Shown piece by piece: positions 26,501 to 41,500 of a stretch of DNA of 64,000 nucleotides (position 1 is the stretch's first letter; each line of letters begins with the position of its first letter). The translations under genes and the position numbers were made by a program. Source of the DNA: Eledone cirrhosa (taxonomy: Eukaryota); contig OZ024742.1 of the NCBI GenBank assembly GCA_964016885.1, forward strand, positions 40,734,001 to 40,798,000, in the 5' to 3' direction. The notes below the pieces were generated by a model that made no database searches, was not told the origin of the DNA, and saw nothing but the letters and a program-made list of their open reading frames with translations.

Positions 26501-29500
26501 GTGTGTGTGAATGTGGTGTTTCTTGGTATGTGGGTGCTGTGTGTGTGAATGTGGTGTTTCTTGGTATGTGGGTGCTGTGTGTGTGAATGTGGTGTTTCTT
26601 GGTATGTGGGTGCTGTGTATGTGAATGTGGTGTTTCTTGGTATGTGGGTGCTGTGTATGTGAATGTGGTGTTTCTTGGTATGTGGGTGCTGTGTATGTGA
26701 ATGTGATGTTTCTTGGTATGTGGGTGCTGTGTGTGTGAATGTGGTGTTTCTTGGTATGTGGGTGCTGTGTGTGTGAATGTGGTGTTTCTTGGTATGTGGG
26801 TGCTGTGAGTGTGAATGTGGTGTTTCTTGGTATGTGGGTGCTGTGTATGTGAATGTGGTGTTTCTTGGTATGTGGGTGCTGTGTGTGTGAATGTGGTGTT
26901 TCTTGGTATGTGGGTGCTGTGTGTGTGAATGTGGTGTTTCTTGGTATGTGGGTGCTGTGTGTGTGAATGTGATGTTTCTTGGTATGTGGGTGCTGTGTGT
27001 GTGAATGTGGTGTTTCTTGGTATGCGGGTGATGTGTATGTGAATGTGATGTTTCTTGGTATGTGGGTGCTGTGTATGTGAATGTGATGTTTCTTGGTATG
27101 CGGGTGATGTGTATGTGAATGTGGTGTTTCTTGGTATGCGGGTGCTGTGTATGTGAATGTGGTGTTTCTTGGTATGTGGGTGCTGTGTATGTGAATGTGA
27201 TGTTTCTTGGTATGTGGGTGCTGTGTGTGTGAATGTGGTGTTTCTTGGTATGTGGGTGCTGTGTGTGTGAATGTGGTGTTTCTTGGTATGTGGGTGCTGT
27301 GTGTGTGAATGTGGTGTTTCTTGGTATGTGGGTGCTGTGTATGTGAATGTGGTGTTTCTTGGTATGTGGGTGCTGTGTGTGTGAATGTGGTGTTTCTTGG
27401 TATGTGGGTGCTGTGTGTGTGAATGTGGTGTTTCTTGGTATGTGGGTGCTGTGTGTGTGAATGTGGTGTTTCTTGGTATGTGGGTGCTGTGTATGTGAAT
27501 GTGGTGTTTCTTGGTATGTGGGTGATGTGTATGTGAATGTGATGTTTCTTGGTATGTGGGTGCTGTGTGTGTGAATGTGGTGTTTCTTGGTATGTGGGTG
27601 CTGTGTATGTGAATGTGATGTTTCTTGGTATGTGGGTGCTGTGTGTGTGAATGTGGTGTTTCTTGGTATGTGGGTGCTGTGTGTGTCAATGTGGTGTTTC
27701 TTGGTATGTGGGTGCTGTGTGTGTGAATGTGGTGTTTCTTGGTATGTGGGTGCTGTGTGTGTGAATGTGGTGTTTCTTGGTATGTGGGTGCTGTGTGTGT
27801 GAATGTGGTGTTTCTTGGTATGTGGGTGCTGTGTGTGTGAATGTGGTGTTTCTTGGTATGTGGGTGCTGTGTATGTGAATGTGGTGTTTCTTGGTATGTG
27901 GGTGCTGTGTATGTGAATGTGGTGTTTCTTGGTATGTGGGTGCTGTGTATGTGAATGTGATGTTTCTTGGTATGTGGGTGCTGTGTGTGTGAATGTGGTG
28001 TTTCTTGGTATGTGGGTGCTGTGTGTGTGAATGTGGTGTTTCTTGGTATGTGGGTGCTGTGTGTGTGAATGTGGTGTTTCTTGGTATGTGGGTGCTGTGT
28101 ATGTGAATGTGGTGTTTCTTGGTATGTGGGTGCTGTGTGTGTGAATGTGGTGTTTCTTGGTATGTGGGTGCTGTGTGTGTGAATGTGGTGTTTCTTGGTA
28201 TGTGGGTGCTGTGTGTGTGAATGTGATGTTTCTTGGTATGTGGGTGCTGTGTGTGTGAATGTGGTGTTTCTTGGTATGCGGGTGATGTGTATGTGAATGT
28301 GGTGTTTCTTAGTATGCGGGTGCTGTGTATGAGAATGTGGTGTTTCTTGGTATGCGGGTGATGTGTATGTGAATGTGGTGTTTCTTGGTATGTGGGTGAT
28401 GTGTGTGTGAGTGTGGTGTTTCTTGGTATGTGGGTGCTGTGTGTGTGAATGTGGTGTTTCTTGGTATGTGGGTGCTGTGTGTGTGAATGTGATGTTTCTT
28501 GGTATGTGGGTGCTGTGTGTGTGAATGTGGTGTTTCTTGGTATGCGGGTGATGTGTATGTGAATGTGGTGTTTCTTGGTATGTGGGTGCTGTGTATGGGA
28601 ATGTGGTGTTTCTTGGTATGCGGGTGATGTGTATGTGAATGTGGTGTTTCTTGGTATGCGTGTGATGTGTGTGTGAATGTGATGTTTTTTGGTATGTGGG
28701 TGCTGTGTGTGTGAAGGTGGAGTTTCTTGGTATGTGGGTGCTGTGTGTGTGAATGTGGTGTTTCTTGGTATGTGGGTTCTGTGTGTGTGAATGTGGTGTT
28801 TCTTGGTATGCCGGTGATGTGTATGTGAATGTGATGTTTCTTGGTATGTGGGTGCTGTGTATGTGAATGTGATGTTTCTTGGTATGCGGGTGATGTGTAT
28901 GTGAATGTGGTGTTTCTTGGTATGCGGGTGCTGTGTATGTGAATGTGGTGTTTCTTGGTATGTGGGTGCTGTGTATGTGAATGTGGTGTTTCTTGGTATG
29001 TGGGTGATGTGTATGTGAATGTGGTGTTTCTTGGTATGTGGGTGCTGTGTATGTGAATGTGATGTTTCTTGGTATGTGGCTGCTCTGTATGTGAATGTGG
29101 TGTTTCTTGGTATGCGGGTGATGTGTATGTGAATGTGATGTTTCTTGGTATGTGGGTGCTGTGTATGTGAATGTGGTGTTTCTTGGTATGTGGGTGATGT
29201 GTATGTGAATGTGGTGTTTCTTGGTATGTGGGTGCTGTGTATGTGAATGTGATGTTTCTTGGTATGTGGCTGCTCTGTATGTGAATGTGGTGTTTCTCGG
29301 TATGCAGGTGATGTGTATGTGAATGTGATGTTTCTTGGTATGTGGGTGCTGTGTATGTGAATGTGATGTTTCTTGGTATGTGGGTGCTGTGTATGTGAAT
29401 GTGATGTTTCTTGGTATGCGGGTGATGTGTATGTGAATGTGGTGTTTCTTGGTATGCGGGTGCTGTGTATGTGAATGTGGTGTTTCTTGGTATGTGGGTG

Positions 29501-32500
29501 CTGTGTATGTGAATGTGGTGTTTCTTGGTATGTGGGTGATGTGTATGTGAATGTGGTGTTTCTTGGTATGTGGGTGCTGTGTATGTGAATGTGATGTTTC
29601 TTGGTATGTGGCTGCTCTGTATGTGAATGTGGTGTTTCTTGGTATGCGGGTGATGTGTATGTGAATGTGATGTTTCTTGGTATGTGGGTGCTGTGTATGT
29701 GAATGTGATGTTTCTTGGTATGTGGGTGCTGTGTGTGTGAATGTGGTGTTTCTTGGTATGTGGGTGCTGTGTGTGTGAATGTGGTGTTTCTTGGTATGTG
29801 GGTGCTGTGTGTGTGAATGTGGTGTTTCTTGGTATGTGGGTGCTGTGTATGTGAATGTGGTGTTTCTTGGTATGTGGGTGCTGTGTGTGTGAATGTGGTG
29901 TTTCTTGGTATGTGGATGCTGTGTGTGTGAATGTGGTGTTTCTTGGTATGTGGGTGCTGTGTGTGTGAATGTGGTGTTTCTTGGTATGTGGGTGCTGTGT
30001 ATGTGAATGTGGTGTTTCTTGGTATGTGGGTGATGTGTATGTGAATGTGATGTTTCTTGGTATGTGGGTGCTGTGTGTGTGAATGTGGTGTTTCTTGGTA
30101 TGTGGGTGCTGTGTATGTGAATGTGATGTTTCTTGGTATGTGGGTGCTGTGTGTGTGAATGTGGTGTTTCTTGGTATGTGGGTGCTGTGTGTGTCAATGT
30201 GGTGTTTCTTGGTATGTGGGTGCTGTGTGTGTGAATGTGGTGTTTCTTGGTATGTGGGTGCTGTGTGTGTGAATGTGGTGTTTCTTGGTATGTGGGTGCT
30301 GTGTGTGTGAATGTGGTGTTTCTTGGTATGTGGGTGCTGTGTGTGTGAATGTGGTGTTTCTTGGTATGTGGGTGCTGTGTATGTGAATGTGGTGTTTCTT
30401 GGTATGTGGGTGCTGTGTATGTGAATGTGGTGTTTCTTGGTATGTGGGTGCTGTGTATGTGAATGTGATGTTTCTTGGTATGTGGGTGCTGTGTGTGTGA
30501 ATGTGGTGTTTCTTGGTATGTGGGTGCTGTGTGTGTGAATGTGGTGTTTCTTGGTATGTGGGTGCTGTGTGTGTGAATGTGGTGTTTCTTGGTATGTGGG
30601 TGCTGTGTATGTGAATGTGGTGTTTCTTGGTATGTGGGTGCTGTGTGTGTGAATGTGGTGTTTCTTGGTATGTGGGTGCTGTGTGTGTGAATGTGGTGTT
30701 TCTTGGTATGTGGGTGCTGTGTGTGTGAATGTGATGTTTCTTGGTATGTGGGTGCTGTGTGTGTGAATGTGGTGTTTCTTGGTATGCGGGTGATGTGTAT
30801 GTGAATGTGGTGTTTCTTAGTATGCGGGTGCTGTGTATGAGAATGTGGTGTTTCTTGGTATGCGGGTGATGTGTATGTGAATGTGGTGTTTCTTGGTATG
30901 TGGGTGATGTGTGTGTGAGTGTGGTGTTTCTTGGTATGTGGGTGCTGTGTGTGTGAATGTGGTGTTTCTTGGTATGTGGGTGCTGTGTGTGTGAATGTGA
31001 TGTTTCTTGGTATGTGGGTGCTGTGTGTGTGAATGTGGTGTTTCTTGGTATGCGGGTGATGTGTATGTGAATGTGGTGTTTCTTGGTATGTGGGTGCTGT
31101 GTATGGGAATGTGGTGTTTCTTGGTATGCGGGTGATGTGTATGTGAATGTGGTGTTTCTTGGTATGCGTGTGATGTGTGTGTGAATGTGATGTTTTTTGG
31201 TATGTGGGTGCTGTGTGTGTGAAGGTGGAGTTTCTTGGTATGCGGGTGATGTGTATGTAAATGTGGTGTTTCTTGGTATGCGGGTGCTGTGTGTGTGAAT
31301 GTGGTGTTTCTTGGTATGTGGGTGATGTGTGTGTGAATGTGATGTTTCTTGGTATGTGGGTGATGTGTGTGTGAATGTGATGTTTCTTGGTATGTGGGTG
31401 ATGTGTGTGTGAATGTGGTGTTTTTTGGTATGTGGGTGCTGTGTGTGTGAATGTGGTGTTTCTTGGTATGTGGGTTCTGTGTGTGTGAATGTGGTGTTTC
31501 TTGGTATGCCGGTGATGTGTATGTGAATGTGATGTTTCTTGGTATGTGGGTGCTGTGTATGTGAATGTGATGTTTCTTGGTATGCGGGTGATGTGTATGT
31601 GAATGTGGTGTTTCTTGGTATGCGGGTGCTGTGTATGTGAATGTGGTGTTTCTTGGTATGTGGGTGCTGTGTATGTGAATGTGGTGTTTCTTGGTATGTG
31701 GGTGATGTGTATGTGAATGTGGTGTTTCTTGGTATGTGGGTGCTGTGTATGTGAATGTGATGTTTCTTGGTATGTGGCTGCTCTGTATGTGAATGTGGTG
31801 TTTCTTGGTATGCGGGTGATGTGTATGTGAATGTGATGTTTCTTGGTATGTGGGTGCTGTGTATGTGAATGTGGTGTTTCTTGGTATGTGGGTGATGTGT
31901 ATGTGAATGTGGTGTTTCTTGGTATGTGGGTGCTGTGTATGTGAATGTGATGTTTCTTGGTATGTGGCTGCTCTGTATGTGAATGTGGTGTTTCTCGGTA
32001 TGCAGGTGATGTGTATGTGAATGTGATGTTTCTTGGTATGTGGGTGCTGTGTATGTGAATGTGGTGTTTCTTGGTATGCGGGTGATGTGTATGTGAATGT
32101 GGTGTTTCTTGGTATGCGGGTGCTGTGTGTGTGAATGTGGTGTTTCTTGGTATGTGGGTGATGTGTGTGTGAATGTGATGTTTCTTGGTATGTGTGTGAA
32201 TGTGATGTTTCTTGGTATGTGGGTGATGTGTGTGTGAATGTGATGTTTCTTGGTATGTGGGTGATGTGTGTGTGAATGTGGTGTTTCTTGGTATGCGGGT
32301 GATGTGTATGTGAATGTGATGTTTCTTGGTATGTGGGTGCTGTGTATGTGAATGTGGTGTTTCTTGGTATGCGGGTGCTGTGTATGTGAATGTGATGTTT
32401 CTTGGTATGTGGGTGCTGTGTATGTGAATGTGATGTTTCTTGGTATGTGGGTGCTGTGTATGTGAATGTGGTGTTTCTTGGTATGTGGGTGCTGTGTATG

Positions 32501-35500
32501 TGAATGTGATGTTTCTTGGTATGTGGGTGTTGTGTGTGTGAATGTGGTGTTTCTTGGTATGTGGGTGCTGTGTATGTGAATGTGGTGTTTCTTGGTATGC
32601 GGGTGCTGTGTATGTGAATGTGATGTTTCTTGGTATGTGGGTGCTGTGTATGTGAATGTGGTGTTTCTTGGTATGTGGGTGCTGTGTATGTGAATGTGGT
32701 GTTTCTTGGTATGCGGGTGCTGTGTATGTGAATGTGATGTTTCTTGTTATGTGGGTGCTATTTATGTGAATGTGATGTTTCTTGGTATGTGGGTGCTGTG
32801 TATGTGAATGTGGTGTTTCTTGGTATCCCGGTGATGTGTATGTGAATGTGGTGTTTCTTGGTATGTGGGTGCTGTGTGTGTGAATGTGATGTTTCTTGGT
32901 ATGTGGGTGCTGTGTATGTGAATGTGATGTTTCTTGGTATGTGGGTGCTGTGTATGTGAATGTGGTGTTTCTTGGTATGCGGCTGCTGTGTGTGTGAATG
33001 TGGTGTTTCTTTGTATGTGGGTGCTGTGTATGTGAATGTGGTGTTTCTTGGTATGTGGGTGATGTGTGTGTGAATGTGGTGTTTCTTGGTATGCGGGTGC
33101 TGTGTATGTGAATGTGGTGTTTCTTGGTATGCGGGTGATTTGTATGTGAATGTGGTGTTTCTTGGTATGTGGGTGCTGTGTGTGTGAATGTGGTGTTTCT
33201 TGGTATGTGGGTGCTGTGTATGTGAATGTGGTGTTTCTTGGTATGTGGGTGATGTGTGTGTGAATGTGGTGTTTCTTGGTATGTGGGTGCTGTGTATGTG
33301 AATGTGATGTTTCTTGGTATGCGGGTGCTGTGTATGTGAATGTGGTGTTTCTTGGTATGCGGGTGCTGTGTATGTGAATGTGATGTTTCTTGGTATGTGG
33401 GTGCTGTGTACGTGAATGTGGTGTTTCTTGGTATGCGGGTGATGTGTATGTGAATGTGGTGTTTCTTGGTATGCGGGTGATGTGTATGTGAATGTGATGT
33501 TTCTTGGTATGTGGGTGCTGTGTATGTGAATGTGGTGTTTCTTGGTATGCGGGTGATGTGTATGTGAATGTGATGTTTCTTGGTATGCGGGTGCTGTGTA
33601 TGTGAATGTGGTGTTTCTTGGTATGTGGGTCCTGTGTATGTGAATGTGATGTTTCTTGGTATGTGGGTGCTGTGTATGTGAATGTGGTGTTTCTTGGTAT
33701 GTGGGTGATGTGTATGTGAATGTGGTGTTTCTTGGTACGCGGGTGCTGTGTATGTGAATGTGGTGTTTCTTGGTATGTGGGTGCTGTGTATGTGAATGTG
33801 GTGTTTCTTGGTATGCCGGTGATGTGTATGTGAATGTGGTGTTTCTTGGTATGTGGGTGCTGTGTATGTGAATGTGGTGTTTCTTGGTATGCCGGTGATG
33901 TGTGTGTGAATGTGGTGTTTCTTTGTATGTGGGTGCTGTGTATGTGAATGTGGTGTTTCTTTGTATGTGGGTGCTGTGTATGTGAATGTGGTGTTTCTTG
34001 GTATGTGGGTGCTGTGTGTGTCAATGTGGTGTTTCTTGGTATGTGGGTGCTGTGTGTGTGAATGTGGTGTTTCTTGGTATGTGGGTGCTGTGTGTGTGAA
34101 TGTGGTGTTTCTTGGTATGTGGGTGCTGTGTGTGTGAATGTGGTGTTTCTTGGTATGTGGGTGCTGTGTGTGTGAATGTGGTGTTTCTTGGTATGTGGGT
34201 GCTGTGTATGTGAATGTGGTGTTTCTTGGTATGTGGGTGCTGTGTATGTGAATGTGGTGTTTCTTGGTATGTGGGTGCTGTGTATGTGAATGTGATGTTT
34301 CTTGGTATGTGGGTGCTGTGTGTGTGAATGTGGTGTTTCTTGGTATGTGGGTGCTGTGTGTGTGAATGTGGTGTTTCTTGGTATGTGGGTGCTGTGTGTG
34401 TGAATGTGGTGTTTCTTGGTATGTGGGTGCTGTGTATGTGAATGTGGTGTTTCTTGGTATGTGGGTGCTGTGTGTGTGAATGTGGTGTTTCTTGGTATGT
34501 GGGTGCTGTGTGTGTGAATGTGGTGTTTCTTGGTATGTGGGTGCTGTGTGTGTGAATGTGATGTTTCTTGGTATGTGGGTGCTGTGTGTGTGAATGTGGT
34601 GTTTCTTGGTATGCGGGTGATGTGTATGTGAATGTGATGTTTCTTGGTATGTGGGTGCTGTGTATGTGAATGTGATGTTTCTTGGTATGCGGGTGATGTG
34701 TATGTGAATGTGGTGTTTCTTGGTATGCGGGTGCTGTGTATGTGAATGTGGTGTTTCTTGGTATGTGGGTGCTGTGTATGTGAATGTGATGTTTCTTGGT
34801 ATGTGGGTGCTGTGTGTGTGAATGTGGTGTTTCTTGGTATGTGGGTGCTGTGTGTGTGAATGTGGTGTTTCTTGGTATGTGGGTGCTGTGTGTGTGAATG
34901 TGGTGTTTCTTGGTATGTGGGTGCTGTGTATGTGAATGTGGTGTTTCTTGGTATGTGGGTGCTGTGTGTGTGAATGTGGTGTTTCTTGGTATGTGGGTGC
35001 TGTGTGTGTGAATGTGGTGTTTCTTGGTATGTGGGTGCTGTGTGTGTGAATGTGGTGTTTCTTGGTATGTGGGTGCTGTGTATGTGAATGTGGTGTTTCT
35101 TGGTATGTGGGTGATGTGTATGTGAATGTGATGTTTCTTGGTATGTGGGTGCTGTGTGTGTGAATGTGGTGTTTCTTGGTATGTGGGTGCTGTGTATGTG
35201 AATGTGATGTTTCTTGGTATGTGGGTGCTGTGTGTGTGAATGTGGTGTTTCTTGGTATGTGGGTGCTGTGTGTGTCAATGTGGTGTTTCTTGGTATGTGG
35301 GTGCTGTGTGTGTGAATGTGGTGTTTCTTGGTATGTGGGTGCTGTGTGTGTGAATGTGGTGTTTCTTGGTATGTGGGTGCTGTGTGTGTGAATGTGGTGT
35401 TTCTTGGTATGTGGGTGCTGTGTGTGTGAATGTGGTGTTTCTTGGTATGTGGGTGCTGTGTATGTGAATGTGGTGTTTCTTGGTATGTGGGTGCTGTGTA

Positions 35501-38500
35501 TGTGAATGTGGTGTTTCTTGGTATGTGGGTGCTGTGTATGTGAATGTGATGTTTCTTGGTATGTGGGTGCTGTGTGTGTGAATGTGGTGTTTCTTGGTAT
35601 GTGGGTGCTGTGTGTGTGAATGTGGTGTTTCTTGGTATGTGGGTGCTGTGTGTGTGAATGTGGTGTTTCTTGGTATGTGGGTGCTGTGTATGTGAATGTG
35701 GTGTTTCTTGGTATGTGGGTGATGTGTGTGTGAGTGTGGTGTTTCTTGGTATGTGGGTGCTGTGTGTGTGAATGTGGTGTTTCTTGGTATGTGGGTGCTG
35801 TGTGTGTGAATGTGATGTTTCTTGGTATGTGGGTGCTGTGTGTGTGAATGTGGTGTTTCTTGGTATGCGGGTGATGTGTATGTGAATGTGGTGTTTCTTG
35901 GTATGTGGGTGCTGTGTATGGGAATGTGGTGTTTCTTGGTATGCGGGTGATGTGTATGTGAATGTGGTGTTTCTTGGTATGCGTGTGATGTGTGTGTGAA
36001 TGTGATGTTTTTTGGTATGTGGGTGCTGTGTGTGTGAAGGTGGAGTTTCTTGGTATGCGGGTGATGTGTATGTAAATGTGGTGTTTCTTGGTATGCGGGT
36101 GCTGTGTGTGTGAATGTGGTGTTTCTTGGTATGTGGGTGATGTGTGTGTGAATGTGATGTTTCTTGGTATGTGGGTGATGTGTGTGTGAATGTGATGTTT
36201 CTTGGTATGTGGGTGATGTGTGTGTGAATGTGGTGTTTTTTGGTATGTGGGTGCTGTGTGTGTGAATGTGGTGTTTCTTGGTATGTGGGTTCTGTGTGTG
36301 TGAATGTGGTGTTTCTTGGTATGCCGGTGATGTGTATGTGAATGTGATGTTTCTTGGTATGTGGGTGCTGTGTATGTGAATGTGATGTTTCTTGGTATGC
36401 GGGTGATGTGTATGTGAATGTGGTGTTTCTTGGTATGCGGGTGCTGTGTCTGTGAATGTGGTGTTTCTTGGTATGTGGGTGCTGTGTATGTGAATGTGGT
36501 GTTTCTTGGTATGTGGGTGATGTGTATGTGAATGTGGTGTTTCTTGGTATGTGGGTGCTGTGTATGTGAATGTGATGTTTCTTGGTATGTGGCTGCTCTG
36601 TATGTGAATGTGGTGTTTCTTGGTATGCGGGTGATGTGTATGTGAATGTGATGTTTCTTGGTATGTGGGTGCTGTGTATGTGAATGTGGTGTTTCTTGGT
36701 ATGTGGGTGATGTGTATGTGAATGTGGTGTTTCTTGGTATGTGGGTGCTGTGTATGTGAATGTGATGTTTCTTGGTATGTGGCTGCTCTGTATGTGAATG
36801 TGGTGTTTCTCGGTATGCAGGTGATGTGTATGTGAATGTGATGTTTCTTGGTATGTGGGTGCTGTGTATGTGAATGTGGTGTTTCTTGGTATGCGGGTGA
36901 TGTGTATGTGAATGTGGTGTTTCTTGGTATGCCGGTGATGTGTATGTGAATGTGGTGTTTCTTGGTATGCGGGTGCTGTGTGTGTGAATGTGGTGTTTCT
37001 TGGTATGTGGGTGATGTGTGTGTGAATGTGGTGTTTCTTGGTATGCGGGTGATGTGTATGTGAATGTGATGTTTCTTGGTATGTGGGTGCTGTGTATGTG
37101 AATGTGGTGTTTCTTGGTATGCGGGTGCTGTGTATGTGAATGTGATGTTTCTTGGTATGTGGGTGCTGTGTATGTGAATGTGATGTTTCTTGGTATGTGG
37201 GTGCTGTGTATGTGAATGTGGTGTTTCTTGGTATGTGGGTGCTGTGTATGTGAATGTGATGTTTCTTGGTATGTGGGTGTTGTGTGTGTGAATGTGGTGT
37301 TTCTTGGTATGTGGGTGCTGTGTATGTGAATGTGGTGTTTCTTGGTATGCGGGTGCTGTGTATGTGAATGTGATGTTTCTTGGTATGTGGGTGCTGTGTA
37401 TGTGAATGTGGTGTTTCTTGGTATGTGGGTGCTGTGTATGTGAATGTGGTGTTTCTTGGTATGCGGGTGCTGTGTATGTGAATGTGATGTTTCTTGTTAT
37501 GTGGGTGCTATTTATGTGAATGTGATGTTTCTTGGTATGTGGGTGCTGTGTATGTGAATGTGGTGTTTCTTGGTATCCCGGTGATGTGTATGTGAATGTG
37601 GTGTTTCTTGGTATGTGGGTGCTGTGTGTGTGAATGTGATGTTTCTTGGTATGTGGGTGCTGTGTATGTGAATGTGATGTTTCTTGGTATGTGGGTGCTG
37701 TGTATGTGAATGTGGTGTTTCTTGGTATGCGGCTGCTGTGTGTGTGAATGTGGTGTTTCTTTGTATGTGGGTGCTGTGTATGTGAATGTGGTGTTTCTTG
37801 GTATGTGGGTGATGTGTGTGTGAATGTGGTGTTTCTTGGTATGCGGGTGCTGTGTATGTGAATGTGGTGTTTCTTGGTATGCGGGTGATTTGTATGTGAA
37901 TGTGGTGTTTCTTGGTATGTGGGTGCTGTGTGTGTGAATGTGGTGTTTCTTGGTATGTGGGTGCTGTGTATGTGAATGTGGTCTTTCTTGGTATGTGGGT
38001 GATGTGTGTGTGAATGTGGTGTTTCTTGGTATGTGGGTGCTGTGTATGTGAATGTGATGTTTCTTGGTATGCGGGTGCTGTGTATGTGAATGTGGTGTTT
38101 CTTGGTATGTGGGTGCTGTGTGTGTGAATGTGGTGTTTCTTGGTATGCGGGTGATGTGTATGTGAATGTGGTGTTTCTTGGTATGCGGGTGATGTGTATG
38201 TGAATGTGGTGTTTCTTGGTATGCGTGTGATGTGTGTGTGAATGTGATGTTTTTTGGTATGTGGGTGCTGTGTGTGTGAAGGTGGAGTTTCTTGGTATGC
38301 GGGTGATGTGTATGTAAATGTGGTGTTTCTTGGTATGCGGGTGCTGTGTGTGTGAATGTGGTGTTTCTTGGTATGTGGGTGATGTGTGTGTGAATGTGAT
38401 GTTTCTTGGTATGTGGGTGATGTGTGTGTGAATGTGATGTTTCTTGGTATGTGGGTGATGTGTGTGTGAATGTGGTGTTTTTTGGTATGTGGGTGCTGTG

Positions 38501-41500
38501 TGTGTGAATGTGGTGTTTCTTGGTATGTGGGTTCTGTGTGTGTGAATGTGGTGTTTCTTGGTATGCCGGTGATGTGTATGTGAATGTGATGTTTCTTGGT
38601 ATGTGGGTGCTGTGTATGTGAATGTGATGTTTCTTGGTATGCGGGTGATGTGTATGTGAATGTGGTGTTTCTTGGTATGCGGGTGCTGTGTATGTGAATG
38701 TGGTGTTTCTTGGTATGTGGGTGCTGTGTATGTGAATGTGGTGTTTCTTGGTATGTGGGTGATGTGTATGTGAATGTGGTGTTTCTTGGTATGTGGGTGC
38801 TGTGTATGTGAATGTGATGTTTCTTGGTATGTGGCTGCTCTGTATGTGAATGTGGTGTTTCTTGGTATGCGGGTGATGTGTATGTGAATGTGATGTTTCT
38901 TGGTATGTGGGTGCTGTGTATGTGAATGTGGTGTTTCTTGGTATGTGGGTGATGTGTATGTGAATGTGGTGTTTCTTGGTATGTGGGTGCTGTGTATGTG
39001 AATGTGATGTTTCTTGGTATGTGGCTGCTCTGTATGTGAATGTGGTGTTTCTCGGTATGCAGGTGATGTGTATGTGAATGTGATGTTTCTTGGTATGTGG
39101 GTGCTGTGTATGTGAATGTGGTGTTTCTTGGTATGCGGGTGATGTGTATGTGAATGTGGTGTTTCTTGGTATGCGGGTGCTGTGTGTGTGAATGTGGTGT
39201 TTCTTGGTATGTGGGTGATGTGTGTGTGAATGTGATGTTTCTTGGTATGTGTGTGAATGTGATGTTTCTTGGTATGTGGGTGATGTGTGTGTGAATGTGA
39301 TGTTTCTTGGTATGTGGGTGATGTGTGTGTGAATGTGGTGTTTCTTGGTATGCGGGTGATGTGTATGTGAATGTGATGTTTCTTGGTATGTGGGTGCTGT
39401 GTATGTGAATGTGGTGTTTCTTGGTATGCGGGTGCTGTGTATGTGAATGTGATGTTTCTTGGTATGTGGGTGCTGTGTATGTGAATGTGATGTTTCTTGG
39501 TATGTGGGTGCTGTGTATGTGAATGTGGTGTTTCTTGGTATGTGGGTGCTGTGTATGTGAATGTGATGTTTCTTGGTATGTGGGTGTTGTGTGTGTGAAT
39601 GTGGTGTTTCTTGGTATGTGGGTGCTGTGTATGTGAATGTGGTGTTTCTTGGTATGCGGGTGCTGTGTATGTGAATGTGATGTTTCTTGGTATGTGGGTG
39701 CTGTGTATGTGAATGTGGTGTTTCTTGGTATGTGGGTGCTGTGTATGTGAATGTGGTGTTTCTTGGTATGCGGGTGCTGTGTATGTGAATGTGATGTTTC
39801 TTGTTATGTGGGTGCTATTTATGTGAATGTGATGTTTCTTGGTATGTGGGTGCTGTGTATGTGAATGTGGTGTTTCTTGGTATCCCGGTGATGTGTATGT
39901 GAATGTGGTGTTTCTTGGTATGTGGGTGCTGTGTGTGTGAATGTGATGTTTCTTGGTATGTGGGTGCTGTGTATGTGAATGTGATGTTTCTTGGTATGTG
40001 GGTGCTGTGTATGTGAATGTGGTGTTTCTTGGTATGCGGCTGCTGTGTGTGTGAATGTGGTGTTTCTTTGTATGTGGGTGCTGTGTATGTGAATGTGGTG
40101 TTTCTTGGTATGTGGGTGATGTGTGTGTGAATGTGGTGTTTCTTGGTATGCGGGTGCTGTGTATGTGAATGTGGTGTTTCTTGGTATGCGGGTGATTTGT
40201 ATGTGAATGTGGTGTTTCTTGGTATGTGGGTGCTGTGTGTGTGAATGTGGTGTTTCTTGGTATGTGGGTGCTGTGTATGTGAATGTGGTGTTTCTTGGTA
40301 TGTGGGTGATGTGTGTGTGAATGTGGTGTTTCTTGGTATGTGGGTGCTGTGTATGTGAATGTGATGTTTCTTGGTATGCGGGTGCTGTGTATGTGAATGT
40401 GGTGTTTCTTGGTATGCGGGTGCTGTGTATGTGAATGTGATGTTTCTTGGTATGTGGGTGCTGTGTACGTGAATGTGGTGTTTCTTGGTATGCGGGTGAT
40501 GTGTATGTGAATGTGGTGTTTCTTGGTATGCGGGTGATGTGTATGTGAATGTGATGTTTCTTGGTATGTGGGTGCTGTGTATGTGAATGTGGTGTTTCTT
40601 GGTATGCGGGTGATGTGTATGTGAATGTGATGTTTCTTGGTATGCGGGTGCTGTGTATGTGAATGTGGTGTTTCTTGGTATGTGGGTCCTGTGTATGTGA
40701 ATGTGATGTTTCTTGGTATGTGGGTGCTGTGTATGTGAATGTGGTGTTTCTTGGTATGTGGGTGATGTGTATGTGAATGTGGTGTTTCTTGGTACGCGGG
40801 TGCTGTGTATGTGAATGTGGTGTTTCTTGGTATGTGGGTGCTGTGTATGTGAATGTGGTGTTTCTTGGTATGCCGGTGATGTGTATGTGAATGTGGTGTT
40901 TCTTGGTATGTGGGTGCTGTGTATGTGAATGTGGTGTTTCTTGGTATGCCGGTGATGTGTGTGTGAATGTGGTGTTTCTTTGTATGTGGGTGCTGTGTAT
41001 GTGAATGTGGTGTTTCTTTGTATGTGGGTGCTGTGTATGTGAATGTGGTGTTTCTTGGTATGCGGGTGCTGTGTGTGTCAATGTGGTGTTTCTTGGTATG
41101 TGGGTGCTGTGTGTGTGAATGTGGTGTTTCTTGGTATGTGGGTGCTGTGTGTGTGAATGTGGTGTTTCTTGGTATGTGGGTGCTGTGTGTGTGAATGTGG
41201 TGTTTCTTGGTATGTGGGTGCTGTGTGTGTGAATGTGGTGTTTCTTGGTATGTGGGTGCTGTGTATGTGAATGTGGTGTTTCTTGGTATGTGGGTGCTGT
41301 GTATGTGAATGTGGTGTTTCTTGGTATGTGGGTGCTGTGTATGTGAATGTGATGTTTCTTGGTATGTGGGTGCTGTGTGTGTGAATGTGGTGTTTCTTGG
41401 TATGTGGGTGCTGTGTGTGTGAATGTGGTGTTTCTTGGTATGTGGGTGCTGTGTGTGTGAATGTGGTGTTTCTTGGTATGTGGGTGCTGTGTATGTGAAT